Sequence record: SRR22947725_830
DNA length: 58,360 nucleotides
Strand: one strand, 5' to 3'
A model generated the notes under the pieces. The model did no database searches and had not been told where the DNA came from. It was given only the letters and a program-made list of their open reading frames with translations. The position numbers and the translations under genes were made by a program. Below, one piece after another: positions 8,740 to 18,892 of the stretch (its first letter is position 1; each line of letters opens with the position of its first letter).

Positions 8740-11117
8740 TGAAGGTTTCACTATCATGGCTTAAACGCTTTGTTGATTTTGATTATTCGACATCTGAACT
8801 TGCAGACAAATTAACTATGCGAGGATTTGAATCCGAAGTAGCAACAGATTTCAGTTCATTAGATCATATTGTTGTTGGAGAAGTAAAATCTGCCGAAAAA
8901 CACCCCGATGCAGATAAGTTGAAGGTTTGTATGGTTTCAGATGGAAAGCAAACATATAACGTTGTTTGTGGAGCTCCTAATGTAGATAAAGATCAAAAGA
9001 TAGTGTTTGCAAAAGTAGGCGCTGTATTGCCTGGAGATTTTAAGATTGGGAAAGCTAAGATTAGAGGTGTTGAAAGTTTCGGAATGATTTGCTCAGAAAG
9101 AGAGCTAGGTATATCTGAAGAGCATGAAGGTATCATGGTTTTAGATGACTCTTGTAAGGTAGGCGCAAAAATCGAAACAATCCTAGGTGAAGCTTATAAT
9201 GCTATTGATATAGAGATAACCCCAGATAAAGCGTTTGCATTGAGCCATCGTGGAATTGCTAGAGAAATAGCTGCCATGACTGAATCAAAGATTAAAACTC
9301 CCATGGAAGTAGTTAAAGCTACATCTAAAGGAAAGGATATCGTCAAGGTTGTTTTGGATAAAAAAGGTGGATGTACTAGATATATAGCTGGTACAATGAC
9401 AAACCTGACAGTTGGACCGTCTCCAAAATGGTTAGCAGATTATTTAAAGTCTGTCGGTCAAAAAAGTATTAACAATCTGGTTGATATATCAAACTTCATG
9501 TTGCTAGAGATTGGTCATCCTACACACGTTTTTGATTTAAAAAAGCTTTCAAAACCTGCAATAGAAGTAAAGTGGGCAAAGAAAGATGAAAAATTTCATG
9601 CATTAGACGAAGAAACTTACAAATTAGACACCGATCATCTTATCATTACAGACTCTGTAAATACTATAGCACTAGCTGGTATCATAGGAGGTAAAGATAG
9701 CGCCGTGTCTGATTCGACTACAGATGTATTAATTGAAAGTGCTTATTTTGATCCCGTTGTTATTAGGAGGGGCTCTAAAAAACTTAATTTACTATCTGAA
9801 GCATCAAGACGTTTTGAAAGAGGCGCTGACCCAGAAGCTACTTTAGAAGCATTTTATATGATAGTAGGTCTAATGACTGAGGTTGCAGGAGGTAGTTTAG
9901 AGTCTATTGTAGCAGATGAATCTACTATCGACTTAACATTGCACAAAGTTTCCCTTTCAGAGGCCAAACTATTAAAGTATATAGGGCATAAAATTGATTT
10001 CAAGTCCGTTAGCTTTATACTAGATGGGCTTCATATTGAAAATAAGAAAACAAAAGCAGGTTGGGATTGTATTATTCCATCATTTAGACATGACGTAAAA
10101 CATGAAACTGATTTAATTGAGGAGGTCTTGCGTTGTTATGGCTATGAAAATATTCAATCTTCTTATAGTTTTTCATCTCAAATGCAATATGCAAATGATG
10201 CAGAACAACCGTTGTTCGAGCTAAAACAATATTTATCTTCCTTAGGGTTTAATCAGTGCTACAATAACTCATTACAAGACCTAGAAGAGGTAAAATCATT
10301 TGGTATTAATCCTGTATCTGTTATGAATCCATCGTCAGAAAGAATGAATACTCTTCGTACAACCCTGCATCACGGATTATTCGAAAACTTAGATTTTAAT
10401 TTTAAAAATGGCTCATCTAATAATCTAATCTATGAGTATGGAACCGTATTTGAAAAAAAGGGAGATACATTAAAAGATATAGAACAGGTTAGTAACTTTT
10501 CTTGTCTTGTACATGGAAATTTTTATGATAAGAATGTTCATTTTAACTCAATAGAAAATAACTTTTTCTTATTAAAAGGTGTTGCATCAAACGCATTTGC
10601 AACCCTAACTAAAGCTAAAGTTAAATTCATTGAGGATAAGCATGCATATTGTGATGTATTTTATCGCATCGTAGATGGAAAAAAGAATACTGTCGGATCT
10701 ATAGGTGTTGTATCTGACTCATTTCTAGATAAGTTAGATATTTCACATAAAACAAATGTTTCTATACTCGATATTAATACTTCTTTATTTATTGAGCATT
10801 TTAACCACAACATTAAGGTTCAAGATGTTGTATTGTATCCGATAGTCAATAGAGACCTTAATTTTAAATTTGACAGCAACACCAATCTAGGTAAAGTTTG
10901 TGCCGCAATAAAATCTGTAAATCAGTCTATAATGCAAGATGTATTCCCTGTAGATATATATAAATCAAAAAAGGAAGATGGTAAGAAGAATGTGTTGTTT
11001 AAGCTGTCATTTCAGAGTGTTAAAAAAACACTTGAAGATAACGATGTAAATGCAGTTATTGCAGAAATTATAAGTGTGGTAACAAAGAAATTTAATGCTA
11101 AATTAAGAGATAATTAA
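8739..11117 (+). CDS. pheT: Phenylalanine-tRNA ligase beta subunit
   Basis: HPDADKL, VVCGAPN, GMICSERELG, RRFERGAD, DLIEEV, C-terminal FDX-ACB domain. Confidence 0.99.
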   Translation: MKVSLSWLKRFVDFDYSTSELADKLTMRGFESEVATDFSSLDHIVVGEVKSAEKHPDADKLKVCMVSDGKQTYNVVCGAPNVDKDQKIVFAKVGAVLPGDFKIGKAKIRGVESFGMICSERELGISEEHEGIMVLDDSCKVGAKIETILGEAYNAIDIEITPDKAFALSHRGIAREIAAMTESKIKTPMEVVKATSKGKDIVKVVLDKKGGCTRYIAGTMTNLTVGPSPKWLADYLKSVGQKSINNLVDISNFMLLEIGHPTHVFDLKKLSKPAIEVKWAKKDEKFHALDEETYKLDTDHLIITDSVNTIALAGIIGGKDSAVSDSTTDVLIESAYFDPVVIRRGSKKLNLLSEASRRFERGADPEATLEAFYMIVGLMTEVAGGSLESIVADESTIDLTLHKVSLSEAKLLKYIGHKIDFKSVSFILDGLHIENKKTKAGWDCIIPSFRHDVKHETDLIEEVLRCYGYENIQSSYSFSSQMQYANDAEQPLFELKQYLSSLGFNQCYNNSLQDLEEVKSFGINPVSVMNPSSERMNTLRTTLHHGLFENLDFNFKNGSSNNLIYEYGTVFEKKGDTLKDIEQVSNFSCLVHGNFYDKNVHFNSIENNFFLLKGVASNAFATLTKAKVKFIEDKHAYCDVFYRIVDGKKNTVGSIGVVSDSFLDKLDISHKTNVSILDINTSLFIEHFNHNIKVQDVVLYPIVNRDLNFKFDSNTNLGKVCAAIKSVNQSIMQDVFPVDIYKSKKEDGKKNVLFKLSFQSVKKTLEDNDVNAVIAEIISVVTKKFNAKLRDN

Positions 11118-11130
11118 CAGGAAGATATTT

Positions 11131-11424
11131 ATGGAAAATTCAGATAAAAAAGTTGTTAAAGTTAGAATTTTTGGTCAAGAATACTCTATTCGCGCCACTG
11201 TTAACGAAGCTCATATTAGAGAGTGTGCAGCTTTAGTTGACGAAAAAATGGCTGAAATTCAAAGAACAGCTCCATCATCTTTAAATGCGTCCAAGATAGC
11301 AATCTTAGCTGCAATGAACATCTCTGATGAGTTAATGAGCGCTCAAAGAGGAGAATACTCTTTTAAGGGTGAGGTAGAGTCAAAGATTAAATCTTTGGTT
11401 GAACGTATTGAAGAGATAGTTTAA
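11131..11424 (+). CDS. zapA: Cell division protein ZapA
   Basis: VKVRIFGQEY..., VDEKM, AILAAMNISDE; follows pheT. Confidence 0.9.
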   Translation: MENSDKKVVKVRIFGQEYSIRATVNEAHIRECAALVDEKMAEIQRTAPSSLNASKIAILAAMNISDELMSAQRGEYSFKGEVESKIKSLVERIEEIV

Positions 11425-11447
11425 AAAATAATAGTTGGGGGAGTCAA

Positions 11448-12320
11448 ATGTTTGATACAAAAATTTTATCAGGTATAGAGGCAAGTCATGCGTTATATGA
11501 TAGTTTACATGATCGTATTTCCTCGTTAAAAGATAAGGGTATAACACCTGGCCTAGCAGCTATTTTAGTAGGCGAGGATCCTGCATCACAAATTTATGTT
11601 AGAAATAAGACAAAACGCTTTGATGCTTTAGGATTAAAATCTGAGCTTCACCGTTTAGATAAATCTGTTTCTCAGGAAGAGTTACTCGATTTAATTGCAA
11701 AAATAAATTCAGATGACAGCTTTCATGGTATTTTAGTCCAATTACCTTTACCAAAACACATAGATAGCGATAAGGTGATTCATGCGATTCATCCAACAAA
11801 GGATGTGGATGGGTTTCATCCAGAGAATGCTGGTTTATTATCGATAGGACGACCACGATTTATTCCATGTACTCCCAAGGGAATTATGTTCATGCTAAAG
11901 CACTTTAAAGTAGACTTAAATGGAAAGCATGTAGTTGTAGTGGGTCGTAGTAATATTGTTGGAAGACCTGTTTCTGTGCTCTCGAGCTTAAAATCTTTAG
12001 GGAATGCAACTGTAACAATCTGTCATAGCGGTACGTCAGACTTAAAATACTTTACGAATCAAGCAGATGTTGTAGTAGCTGCAATGGGTTCACCTGAATT
12101 TTTAGATGCATCTTATATTAAAGAAGGCGCTTGTCTTGTTGATGTCGGTATTAATCGCATTGAACGCGATGGAAAATCTGTTATTGTTGGGGATGTAGAT
12201 CAGCCAAGCGTAACAGGAAAAGCAAGCTCTCTTACTCCTGTACCAAAAGGAGTAGGTCCAATGACCATTGCTATGTTAGTAGAAAATACCATATTGTCTG
12301 CGGAATTGTTATTAAATTAG
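11448..12320 (+). CDS. folD: Bifunctional methylenetetrahydrofolate dehydrogenase/cyclohydrolase
   Basis: PASQIYVRNK, GILVQLPLP, KDVDGFHP, PCTP, GRSNIVGRP, TPVPKGVGPMT. Confidence 0.98.
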   Translation: MFDTKILSGIEASHALYDSLHDRISSLKDKGITPGLAAILVGEDPASQIYVRNKTKRFDALGLKSELHRLDKSVSQEELLDLIAKINSDDSFHGILVQLPLPKHIDSDKVIHAIHPTKDVDGFHPENAGLLSIGRPRFIPCTPKGIMFMLKHFKVDLNGKHVVVVGRSNIVGRPVSVLSSLKSLGNATVTICHSGTSDLKYFTNQADVVVAAMGSPEFLDASYIKEGACLVDVGINRIERDGKSVIVGDVDQPSVTGKASSLTPVPKGVGPMTIAMLVENTILSAELLLN

Positions 12321-12327
12321 GCCAATT

Positions 12328-14133
12328 ATGACAAGATATATTAGACTATTATCCATTATTATAATGCTCCAATTTTTTGGAATTAATGCCTGCGCTGGTT
12401 CGAAAGTTGATCAAGATGAAATTAAAAAAGCCAATCAGTTCTTTGAGTCTGTCTTTCAAGATAGGGTGTTAGATAGCCCTGAGTTTCAGTCAAGATTAGG
12501 CTATAAGTCTAATTATGATAAATGGGATGATATAACCTATAAAAGAAGTAGAAAAAATGCGCGACAAGCTATTTTTGATTTAGATTATTTAAATGAAAAT
12601 ATCAATATTGAAGAGTTGGATAGTAAAACGGCAATAAGTTATCGTCTAATGGAAAAATCATTAGAACGAAGAATAGATTCGGATGATTATCTGTTTCGTC
12701 AATATATGGTTACTCATAGAGGAGGAAAACATTCTTCCATACCATCATTTTTAATCAATTACCATGCAATTGAAGACGAAAGAGATATCCAAGATTACTT
12801 AGGAAGATTACGCAATATTGAACCACTAATTGAAGATTTGATTGAAGAGATGTCATTAAGAGAGGAAGTGGGAACAATCGCACCTATGTTTGTTTACCCT
12901 AAAGCAATTGCTGTGTCCAAAAACATCATATCTGGGTATCCTTTTGAAGAGGCAAAAAAACAAAATGTTATTTATGAAGATTTAGTTAAAAAAATTGATG
13001 CTACAGACTTAGCGGATGCTATCAAGCTTCGCTACAAAAGTGAAGCGGAAGCGATCTTAGTTACTACTGTTAATTATGCTTATAGAAGTTTTATTGATTT
13101 TTTAACCGCACAACAATTAAAAGCTACAAATAATGACGGCGTATGGAAGTATCCAAATGGCGCTGAATATTATCAACACACATTAGATCAGTATACTACG
13201 CTAGGACTCACCGCTGAAGAGATACATCAAATTGGTTTAGATGAGGTAGCTCGTATTCATGAAGAAATTTATGCTATTATGGAGACCGTTGCTTTTGAAG
13301 GAACCTTACAAGAATTTTTTGATTTTATGAGGACTGACCCTCAGTTTTATTATCCGCAGAGCCCAGAAGGACGACAGATGTATTTAGATCAGGTAAATGT
13401 GGTTGTTGATACCTTATCTGCTCGTATAGAAGAATTATTCTATGGACTCCCAAGTATTCCTCTCGTGGTTAAACCTGTTGAAGCTTACAGAGAGGCTTCT
13501 GCAGGAATAGCATTTTATAGCAGAGGCCAAGCCGATGGAAGTCGTCCTGGTATCTATTATGCTAATTTGTATAATATGCAGGATATGCCAATTTATAAGC
13601 TAGAAAATCTAGCGTACCATGAAGCAATCCCTGGGCATCATATGCAGATTGCAATTCAACTCGAAGTAGAAGGGATGCCAAGTTTTAGAAAATATGGTGG
13701 GTATAGCGTGTATTCTGAAGGATGGGCATTATACTCAGAGACACTACCAAAAGAAATTGGTCTATATAAAGATCCGTATTCAGATTTTGGTCGTTTATCT
13801 GGTGAACTATGGAGAGCATGTCGCTTAGTAGTTGATACTGGGATTCATCATTATCGATGGACAAGAGAAGAAGGTATTGATTACTATATGAACAACACAG
13901 CAAACCCTGAGGGTGATTGTGTTGGAATGGTAGAACGTCATATAGTATGGCCAGGTCAAGCTGTTTCCTATAAAATAGGGATGTTAAAAATACAAGAATT
14001 GCGTGCTTACGCTGAATCTACACTTGGTGATAACTTCTCTCTTCAAGCATTTCATGATATTGTTTTAAAAAATGGAGCAGTTCCTATGGATATTCTTCAA
14101 GATATTGTGGTTCAGTGGGTTGAAAATCAGTAG
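12328..14133 (+). CDS. DUF885 family lipoprotein (putative metallopeptidase)
   Basis: Lipobox INAC; YHEAIPGHHMQ, YSEGWALYSE, RACRLVVDTGIH, PGQAVSYKIG. Confidence 0.92.
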   Translation: MTRYIRLLSIIIMLQFFGINACAGSKVDQDEIKKANQFFESVFQDRVLDSPEFQSRLGYKSNYDKWDDITYKRSRKNARQAIFDLDYLNENINIEELDSKTAISYRLMEKSLERRIDSDDYLFRQYMVTHRGGKHSSIPSFLINYHAIEDERDIQDYLGRLRNIEPLIEDLIEEMSLREEVGTIAPMFVYPKAIAVSKNIISGYPFEEAKKQNVIYEDLVKKIDATDLADAIKLRYKSEAEAILVTTVNYAYRSFIDFLTAQQLKATNNDGVWKYPNGAEYYQHTLDQYTTLGLTAEEIHQIGLDEVARIHEEIYAIMETVAFEGTLQEFFDFMRTDPQFYYPQSPEGRQMYLDQVNVVVDTLSARIEELFYGLPSIPLVVKPVEAYREASAGIAFYSRGQADGSRPGIYYANLYNMQDMPIYKLENLAYHEAIPGHHMQIAIQLEVEGMPSFRKYGGYSVYSEGWALYSETLPKEIGLYKDPYSDFGRLSGELWRACRLVVDTGIHHYRWTREEGIDYYMNNTANPEGDCVGMVERHIVWPGQAVSYKIGMLKIQELRAYAESTLGDNFSLQAFHDIVLKNGAVPMDILQDIVVQWVENQ

Positions 14134-14138
14134 ATAGT

Positions 14139-14447
14139 ATGCTTATTATAAAAACAACTTCTGATAGTCATAAGGCTATGAAAGATATCACTAACGCACT
14201 CTTAAACAATCGATACGCTGCATGTGTTAATATTATTCCCCGTATGCGCTCAAAATATGTTCTAGATGGGCGTATTGTTGAGTCCAGGGAGGTAATGTTG
14301 CTTATTAAGACGTCTCAAGCTTTAGAGGCGAACGTATATGAGACAATTAAGGAACTGCACAATTATGATACTCCGGAGATTTCTACTATTAAAACAAGTA
14401 ATGTAGATGAAGATTATGCTAACTGGCTTGAAAGCGCTTTAAAATGA
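14139..14447 (+). CDS. cutA: Divalent-cation tolerance protein CutA
   Basis: AACVNIIP, E..LLIKT, LHNYDTPEI, Y..WL. Confidence 0.92.
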   Translation: MLIIKTTSDSHKAMKDITNALLNNRYAACVNIIPRMRSKYVLDGRIVESREVMLLIKTSQALEANVYETIKELHNYDTPEISTIKTSNVDEDYANWLESALK

Positions 14448-15547
14448 GTTTTAATTCTATTTCCGAGGGTAAGATTTTAAAATATTTAGCCTTATTTTTT
14501 ACTGTATTAATGCTAGCAACCGCTGCAATTGTATTAACAATCAAGTCTCCTGGTAGTATTAAAGAGCAATTATATGATCGTGCTGTTGAACCCTTACTTG
14601 TTATACCACCTAACCAGCCTGATGTATTGCGTATTGTTTATACAGGTGTAAGCACTCCACTTACACCGCATATTGCACAACAAAGTGTTGTAATATCAAT
14701 CAATAATAAAAATTATGTTTTTGATTCGGGTTCACGCTCAACAGCGAATTTCATTTCTCAGGGAACCTTAGAAGCAGCCTTTATTGAAGCAGTCTTTATA
14801 ACTCATACTCATTCTGACCATATTGGAAGTTTAGGCGAGCTAGTCTTAGCATCTTGGGGGCGTGGAAGAACAAGTTCAATGCCTGTTTATGGCGCTGGCG
14901 AATTAACACAAAATGTTGTGGATGGATTTAATTTGGCTTATAAGCCAGATAGAAATCATCGTGTTAATCATCATGGAGAAGGTTTTTTTGATGCAGAGAA
15001 TGGATTATTGGTAGCAAAAATATTTGATGCACCCACAAGTGAGACGTCCGTATTTAAAGATAATAATATAGAAGTTTTTGCGTTTAGTGTACCTCATGGA
15101 CCAATTCACGGAGCAGTAGGTTACCGTATTGTAGCGGGCAACCGCTCTGTTATTATTTCAGGTGATACTGACCTTATGGACGATTACAGTTTTGCTAATG
15201 GAGTAGATGTATTGATTCACGAAGCAATCCTAGAGCAGGAAAGTGCTGAAATTAGTCGTGCAGCCTATCGTGTTGGTAATGATCGTATGGGGGTAGTGTT
15301 CCATGATATTCAGAATTATCATGCTAATCTAGTAGATTATGATGACCAGCCAGGGTTATTAAGTCGTCTAGAAGGAATTGATATCGGCATGTTAGCCTTA
15401 ATTCATATTATCCCGGACAAAGATGAACTAATAACTAAAAGAGTATTAAGACGTTTTAAATCAGAGTCTTCTCATGAAGTAACAGTGGTAGAAGATAATA
15501 TGGTAATGGAATTGCCCTTAAATTCCGATAAGATTTTTATAAAATGA
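14444..15547 (+). CDS. Membrane-anchored MBL-fold hydrolase, RNase Z/arylsulfatase (AtsA)-like
   Basis: FDSGS, THTHSDH, VPHGP..AVGYR, SGDT, DVLIHEA. Confidence 0.8.
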   Translation: MSFNSISEGKILKYLALFFTVLMLATAAIVLTIKSPGSIKEQLYDRAVEPLLVIPPNQPDVLRIVYTGVSTPLTPHIAQQSVVISINNKNYVFDSGSRSTANFISQGTLEAAFIEAVFITHTHSDHIGSLGELVLASWGRGRTSSMPVYGAGELTQNVVDGFNLAYKPDRNHRVNHHGEGFFDAENGLLVAKIFDAPTSETSVFKDNNIEVFAFSVPHGPIHGAVGYRIVAGNRSVIISGDTDLMDDYSFANGVDVLIHEAILEQESAEISRAAYRVGNDRMGVVFHDIQNYHANLVDYDDQPGLLSRLEGIDIGMLALIHIIPDKDELITKRVLRRFKSESSHEVTVVEDNMVMELPLNSDKIFIK

Positions 15548-16209
15548 GTATTATAGACAGCCTGAAATGGCGTTATGCCACGAAAAAATTTGATACCGAT
15601 AAAAAAGTGAGTGATGCTGATATTGCTACACTCAAAGAAGCGGTTCAGTTAACACCGTCTTCATATGGATTTCAGCTATATAAGGTGCTTGTTGTTACCG
15701 ATCAAAAAACAAAAGATAAGCTCTACAAAGAGTCTTATTATCAATCCCAAATTCGTGATTGCTCCCACCTATTTATATTTTGCAGTTATAAGAATGTAGA
15801 ATCTAAACATATTGATGAATTTATCGATTTGATGGAGCAAGCAAGGCAAGCAGATGATGAGCGCGGATACATTGATAAAGTGAAGTCTAAAGCAAAGATT
15901 ATGCTGTATGGAACCATTGCAAAGGCAGATATCGGCCGACGCGATAAAGCAGAAGCGCTTCATTGGATGCAAAAACAGTGTTATTTAGCTGTATCACAAC
16001 TCATGGTAGCTTGTGCAGATATGCGCATTGACTCCTGTCCTTTTGAAGGATTTAGTACGGAGGCATATGATAAAATTTTAGACTTAGGCGACAAAAATCT
16101 AACCTCAACGGTATTATTGCCGGTTGGGTATCGTACTGAAGATGACCGTCACCAATATCGTACCAAAGTTCGTAAACCTATAGATAGACTTTTCGAGGAG
16201 AAAAAATGA
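15544..16209 (+). CDS. NAD(P)H-dependent nitroreductase (NfsB-like)
   Basis: WRYATKKFD, PSSYGFQ, DSCPFEGF, VGYR, KVRKP. Confidence 0.93.
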   Translation: MSIIDSLKWRYATKKFDTDKKVSDADIATLKEAVQLTPSSYGFQLYKVLVVTDQKTKDKLYKESYYQSQIRDCSHLFIFCSYKNVESKHIDEFIDLMEQARQADDERGYIDKVKSKAKIMLYGTIAKADIGRRDKAEALHWMQKQCYLAVSQLMVACADMRIDSCPFEGFSTEAYDKILDLGDKNLTSTVLLPVGYRTEDDRHQYRTKVRKPIDRLFEEKK

Positions 16210-17075
16210 GTACAAAAGTAGCAGCTATTGCAATAGTAATTTCACTTATAATTTCGACACTATTAATCAATGCAGGTAGTCAAGGAAGTATCATGGTGAA
16301 CGGATGGCCTTTATTTGCTATTTGTGCTCCAATAGGCTTCTTATTGCATTGGACATTTTTTATTCCATCTTACATACTCAAAACAGATCATTACTTTGAT
16401 TTAATTGGTTCAACATCTTATGTGGCTACAGCTATAACTGCAGCAATGCTTAGTCCATCACTTGATATGAGAGGTTTAATTATTTGCAGTATGGTTATTA
16501 TTTGGGCTACTCGCTTAGGATTATTCTTATTCACTCGAATTAAAAAAGATGGAAAAGATGTGCGATTAGATGTGATTAAAACAAAATTTATTCGTTTTTT
16601 AAATCTATGGACTCTAGGTGGTCTTTGGGTCTTAGTAACGATGGGCGCAGGTCTTGCTGCTATCACGTCAAAAACCTCATTAGATATCGGTGTAATAGGC
16701 TATATAGGCATTGGATTATGGATATTCGGTTTTATTATTGAAGTCATGGCTGATAGTCAAAAAAGACAGTTTAGAAAAGATCCAGGCAATAAAGGTCGCT
16801 TTATTACAACTGGGGTATGGGCATGGTCTCAACACCCAAATTATTTTGGTGAAATTACTTTATGGGTTGGTGTTGCTTTGCTAGCTTTTCCAGTACTATC
16901 TGGATGGCAGTTAGCTACGTTAATATCGCCTGTATTTGTTTATTTATTACTTACGAAGGTAAGTGGAATAAACTTATTAGATGATATAGCAAAAGAAAGA
17001 TGGGGGACTGATGCTGAATATTTAGCATATACAGAACGCACTTCAAAACTTTTCTTACTACCACCAAAAAAGTAG
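16206..17075 (+). CDS. DUF1295 family membrane protein (steroid 5-alpha-reductase-like)
   Basis: WATRLG.FLF.RI, ADSQK..F, WAWSQHPNYFGE, SGI. Confidence 0.9.
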   Translation: MSTKVAAIAIVISLIISTLLINAGSQGSIMVNGWPLFAICAPIGFLLHWTFFIPSYILKTDHYFDLIGSTSYVATAITAAMLSPSLDMRGLIICSMVIIWATRLGLFLFTRIKKDGKDVRLDVIKTKFIRFLNLWTLGGLWVLVTMGAGLAAITSKTSLDIGVIGYIGIGLWIFGFIIEVMADSQKRQFRKDPGNKGRFITTGVWAWSQHPNYFGEITLWVGVALLAFPVLSGWQLATLISPVFVYLLLTKVSGINLLDDIAKERWGTDAEYLAYTERTSKLFLLPPKK

Positions 17076-17078
17076 CTA

Positions 17079-17420
17079 TTATTTAATATAGTCTGAAGCC
17101 CAATCGTTCAGCATATCAAATACCGGAACAAGCGTTTTGCCTTTCTTGGTCAGCGAGTATTCAACTCTAGGCGGTATTTCAGCAAAAATCTTTCTAGAAA
17201 TAATACCATTCTTCTCAAGATCTCTTAAATCTCTTGTTAGCATATTCTTACTAATACCATCTATCCCTCTATGTAAAATACCAAATCGATTAATATTTTG
17301 CGCAATTCTCATAATAATAATTGGTCTCCATTTACCACCAATCATCTTCATAGAGTAGGTGATAGGGCATGAGTCAACAGTGCATCCACATATATCTTCA
17401 AAACATTGTGTTTCTTTCAT
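17079..17420 (-). CDS. HxlR-family winged-helix regulator with Cys-rich N-terminus
   Basis: CPI...IGGKWR, RFG.L, IS..MLT..LRDLE, PPRVEYSLT.KG. Confidence 0.93.
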   Translation of the reverse strand: MKETQCFEDICGCTVDSCPITYSMKMIGGKWRPIIIMRIAQNINRFGILHRGIDGISKNMLTRDLRDLEKNGIISRKIFAEIPPRVEYSLTKKGKTLVPVFDMLNDWASDYIK

Positions 17421-17435
17421 GATAGTCCTCTTTAT

Positions 17436-17464
17436 GTTACTATATTAAAAAATAGTGCCTACTT
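17436..17464. promoter_or_regulatory. Probable HxlR operator in the divergent intergenic region
   Basis: GTTACTAT-N8-ATAGTGCCTACTT, containing the ACTAT/ATAGT inverted repeat; resembles sites seen beside HxlR/HypR genes. Confidence 0.4.
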
Positions 17465-17523
17465 GTGGAATTTAATATTAGGTGATAAACTTTCATATCA
17501 TTTTTTTGAAAGGAAAAATAAAT

Positions 17524-17832
17524 ATGAAAAATAAACCATATGCTGTAAAGTTAGAAAAAGGCAAAACCTACGCCTGGTGCCAATGTGCGGGCTCTAAAAA
17601 TCAACCATTTTGTGACGGTAGTCATGAAAAGATAAATGAAAAAGAAAATAATCTTATTGAATCCTTGGTTGATGTCAATATGCTTACTAGTAAAGGTGAA
17701 GGTCAAAGGTTAATTGCTAAAGATGAGAAGCCGATGATTATAAAAGCAGAAAAGGATGCAGAGGTTAATTTGTGTGGATGTAAACAATCCGACAATGCTC
17801 CTTATTGCAACGAAAGACATTTAAGTATATAA
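17524..17832 (+). CDS. CDGSH iron-sulfur domain protein (two motifs; second is CNERH variant; extended linker)
   Basis: WCQCAGSKNQPFCDGSH and LCGCKQSDNAPYCNERH; ATG 17524 follows an AAAGGA RBS. Confidence 0.88.
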   Translation: MKNKPYAVKLEKGKTYAWCQCAGSKNQPFCDGSHEKINEKENNLIESLVDVNMLTSKGEGQRLIAKDEKPMIIKAEKDAEVNLCGCKQSDNAPYCNERHLSI

Positions 17833-17847
17833 AAGAAAGGAAATACA

Positions 17848-18075
17848 ATGAGTAATAAAAATGAACCAAATGTAGTAGCACTTAAAAAAGACAATAATTA
17901 TGCATGGTGTGCATGTTCAGAGTCTAGCAATCAACCATTTTGCGATGGAAGTCATACAAAGACAGATATGAAGCCTATAGTATTTAAAGCGGAAGATAGT
18001 AAAGAAGCATACTTATGTGGTTGCAAAGAATCTAAAAATGCACCATATTGTGATGGATCGCATTTAAGTATATAA
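17848..18075 (+). CDS. CDGSH iron-sulfur domain protein (MiNT/CISD3-like, two motifs)
   Basis: WCACSESSNQPFCDGSH and LCGCKESKNAPYCDGSH. Confidence 0.93.
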   Translation: MSNKNEPNVVALKKDNNYAWCACSESSNQPFCDGSHTKTDMKPIVFKAEDSKEAYLCGCKESKNAPYCDGSHLSI

Positions 18076-18085
18076 GGAAAAAGTT

Positions 18086-18463
18086 ATGAATAGATTATTA
18101 GATACAGATTTAACCCATTACAGGGCAGGAGTGATGTTTTTCATGCGTATCCTTCTTGCGTTTATTTTTATTAAAGCTGGGATGGGAAAGTGGCCAATTG
18201 TTGACGGTGAAGGCATATCAAGAGCTTTACCATTATTCTTGGTTTACTTGGTTGTGCTTTTTGAGTTTGTTGGTGGTTTATTTATGTTATTAGGCATGAA
18301 ATACGACATCTTAACGAAGCTTGGGGCAGCGATGATTGCAATTGTTATGGTGGGTGCAGCTTATATGCATTATGCTGTTTGGGGAGATCCATTCGGTTCC
18401 AAGAATGTAATGTATCCTATTGCCTTATTATTAATTTCTTTAATTTTCGTTACAGATGAATAA
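18086..18463 (+). CDS. DoxX family membrane protein
   Basis: RILLAFIFIKAGMGK, EFVGG...LG, M.GA...H; four hydrophobic segments. Confidence 0.85.
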   Translation: MNRLLDTDLTHYRAGVMFFMRILLAFIFIKAGMGKWPIVDGEGISRALPLFLVYLVVLFEFVGGLFMLLGMKYDILTKLGAAMIAIVMVGAAYMHYAVWGDPFGSKNVMYPIALLLISLIFVTDE

Positions 18464-18875
18464 AGTAAAATCCCTAATTCTGGCTATACTAGTTTCCTTT
18501 GGTGTCTTTTTTGCGACCTTTTTTTATTATCAAGTAAAAGAGCGAGATATTACAGAAGCCATCGTTATTAAAAATAGTAATCCAACCTTTACCAAAGATA
18601 CAATTACTAGAGCAGATTTTAACGATGCAGGCGTAACTATTTTTACCGCTACGTGGTGCGGATACTGCAAAGGAGCTAAGATGCTTCTAAATCAAGAAAA
18701 TATTAGCTACACCGAAGTAGATGTTGATGAATATAGTATTTCAAAACTAAAGCTCAAGGAAGTGGGGATTGAAGACTTTTTTGTGCCACAAATCTTTGTA
18801 GATGGCGTTCCTATTGGTGGCTTTTCAGATTTGAAAAAAATATTTGGAAGTAGTATGCCCGTTCCAGAAGTTTAA
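18456..18875 (+). CDS. Membrane-anchored glutaredoxin
   Basis: N-terminal TM; WCGYC..AK.LL, VPQIFVDG..IGGFSDL. Confidence 0.88.
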   Translation: MNKVKSLILAILVSFGVFFATFFYYQVKERDITEAIVIKNSNPTFTKDTITRADFNDAGVTIFTATWCGYCKGAKMLLNQENISYTEVDVDEYSISKLKLKEVGIEDFFVPQIFVDGVPIGGFSDLKKIFGSSMPVPEV

Positions 18876-18892
18876 ATATATTTCAACCTCAT

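Noticed and set aside
11425-11447. 6S RNA after zapA
   Set aside because: Only 23 bp of intergenic space.
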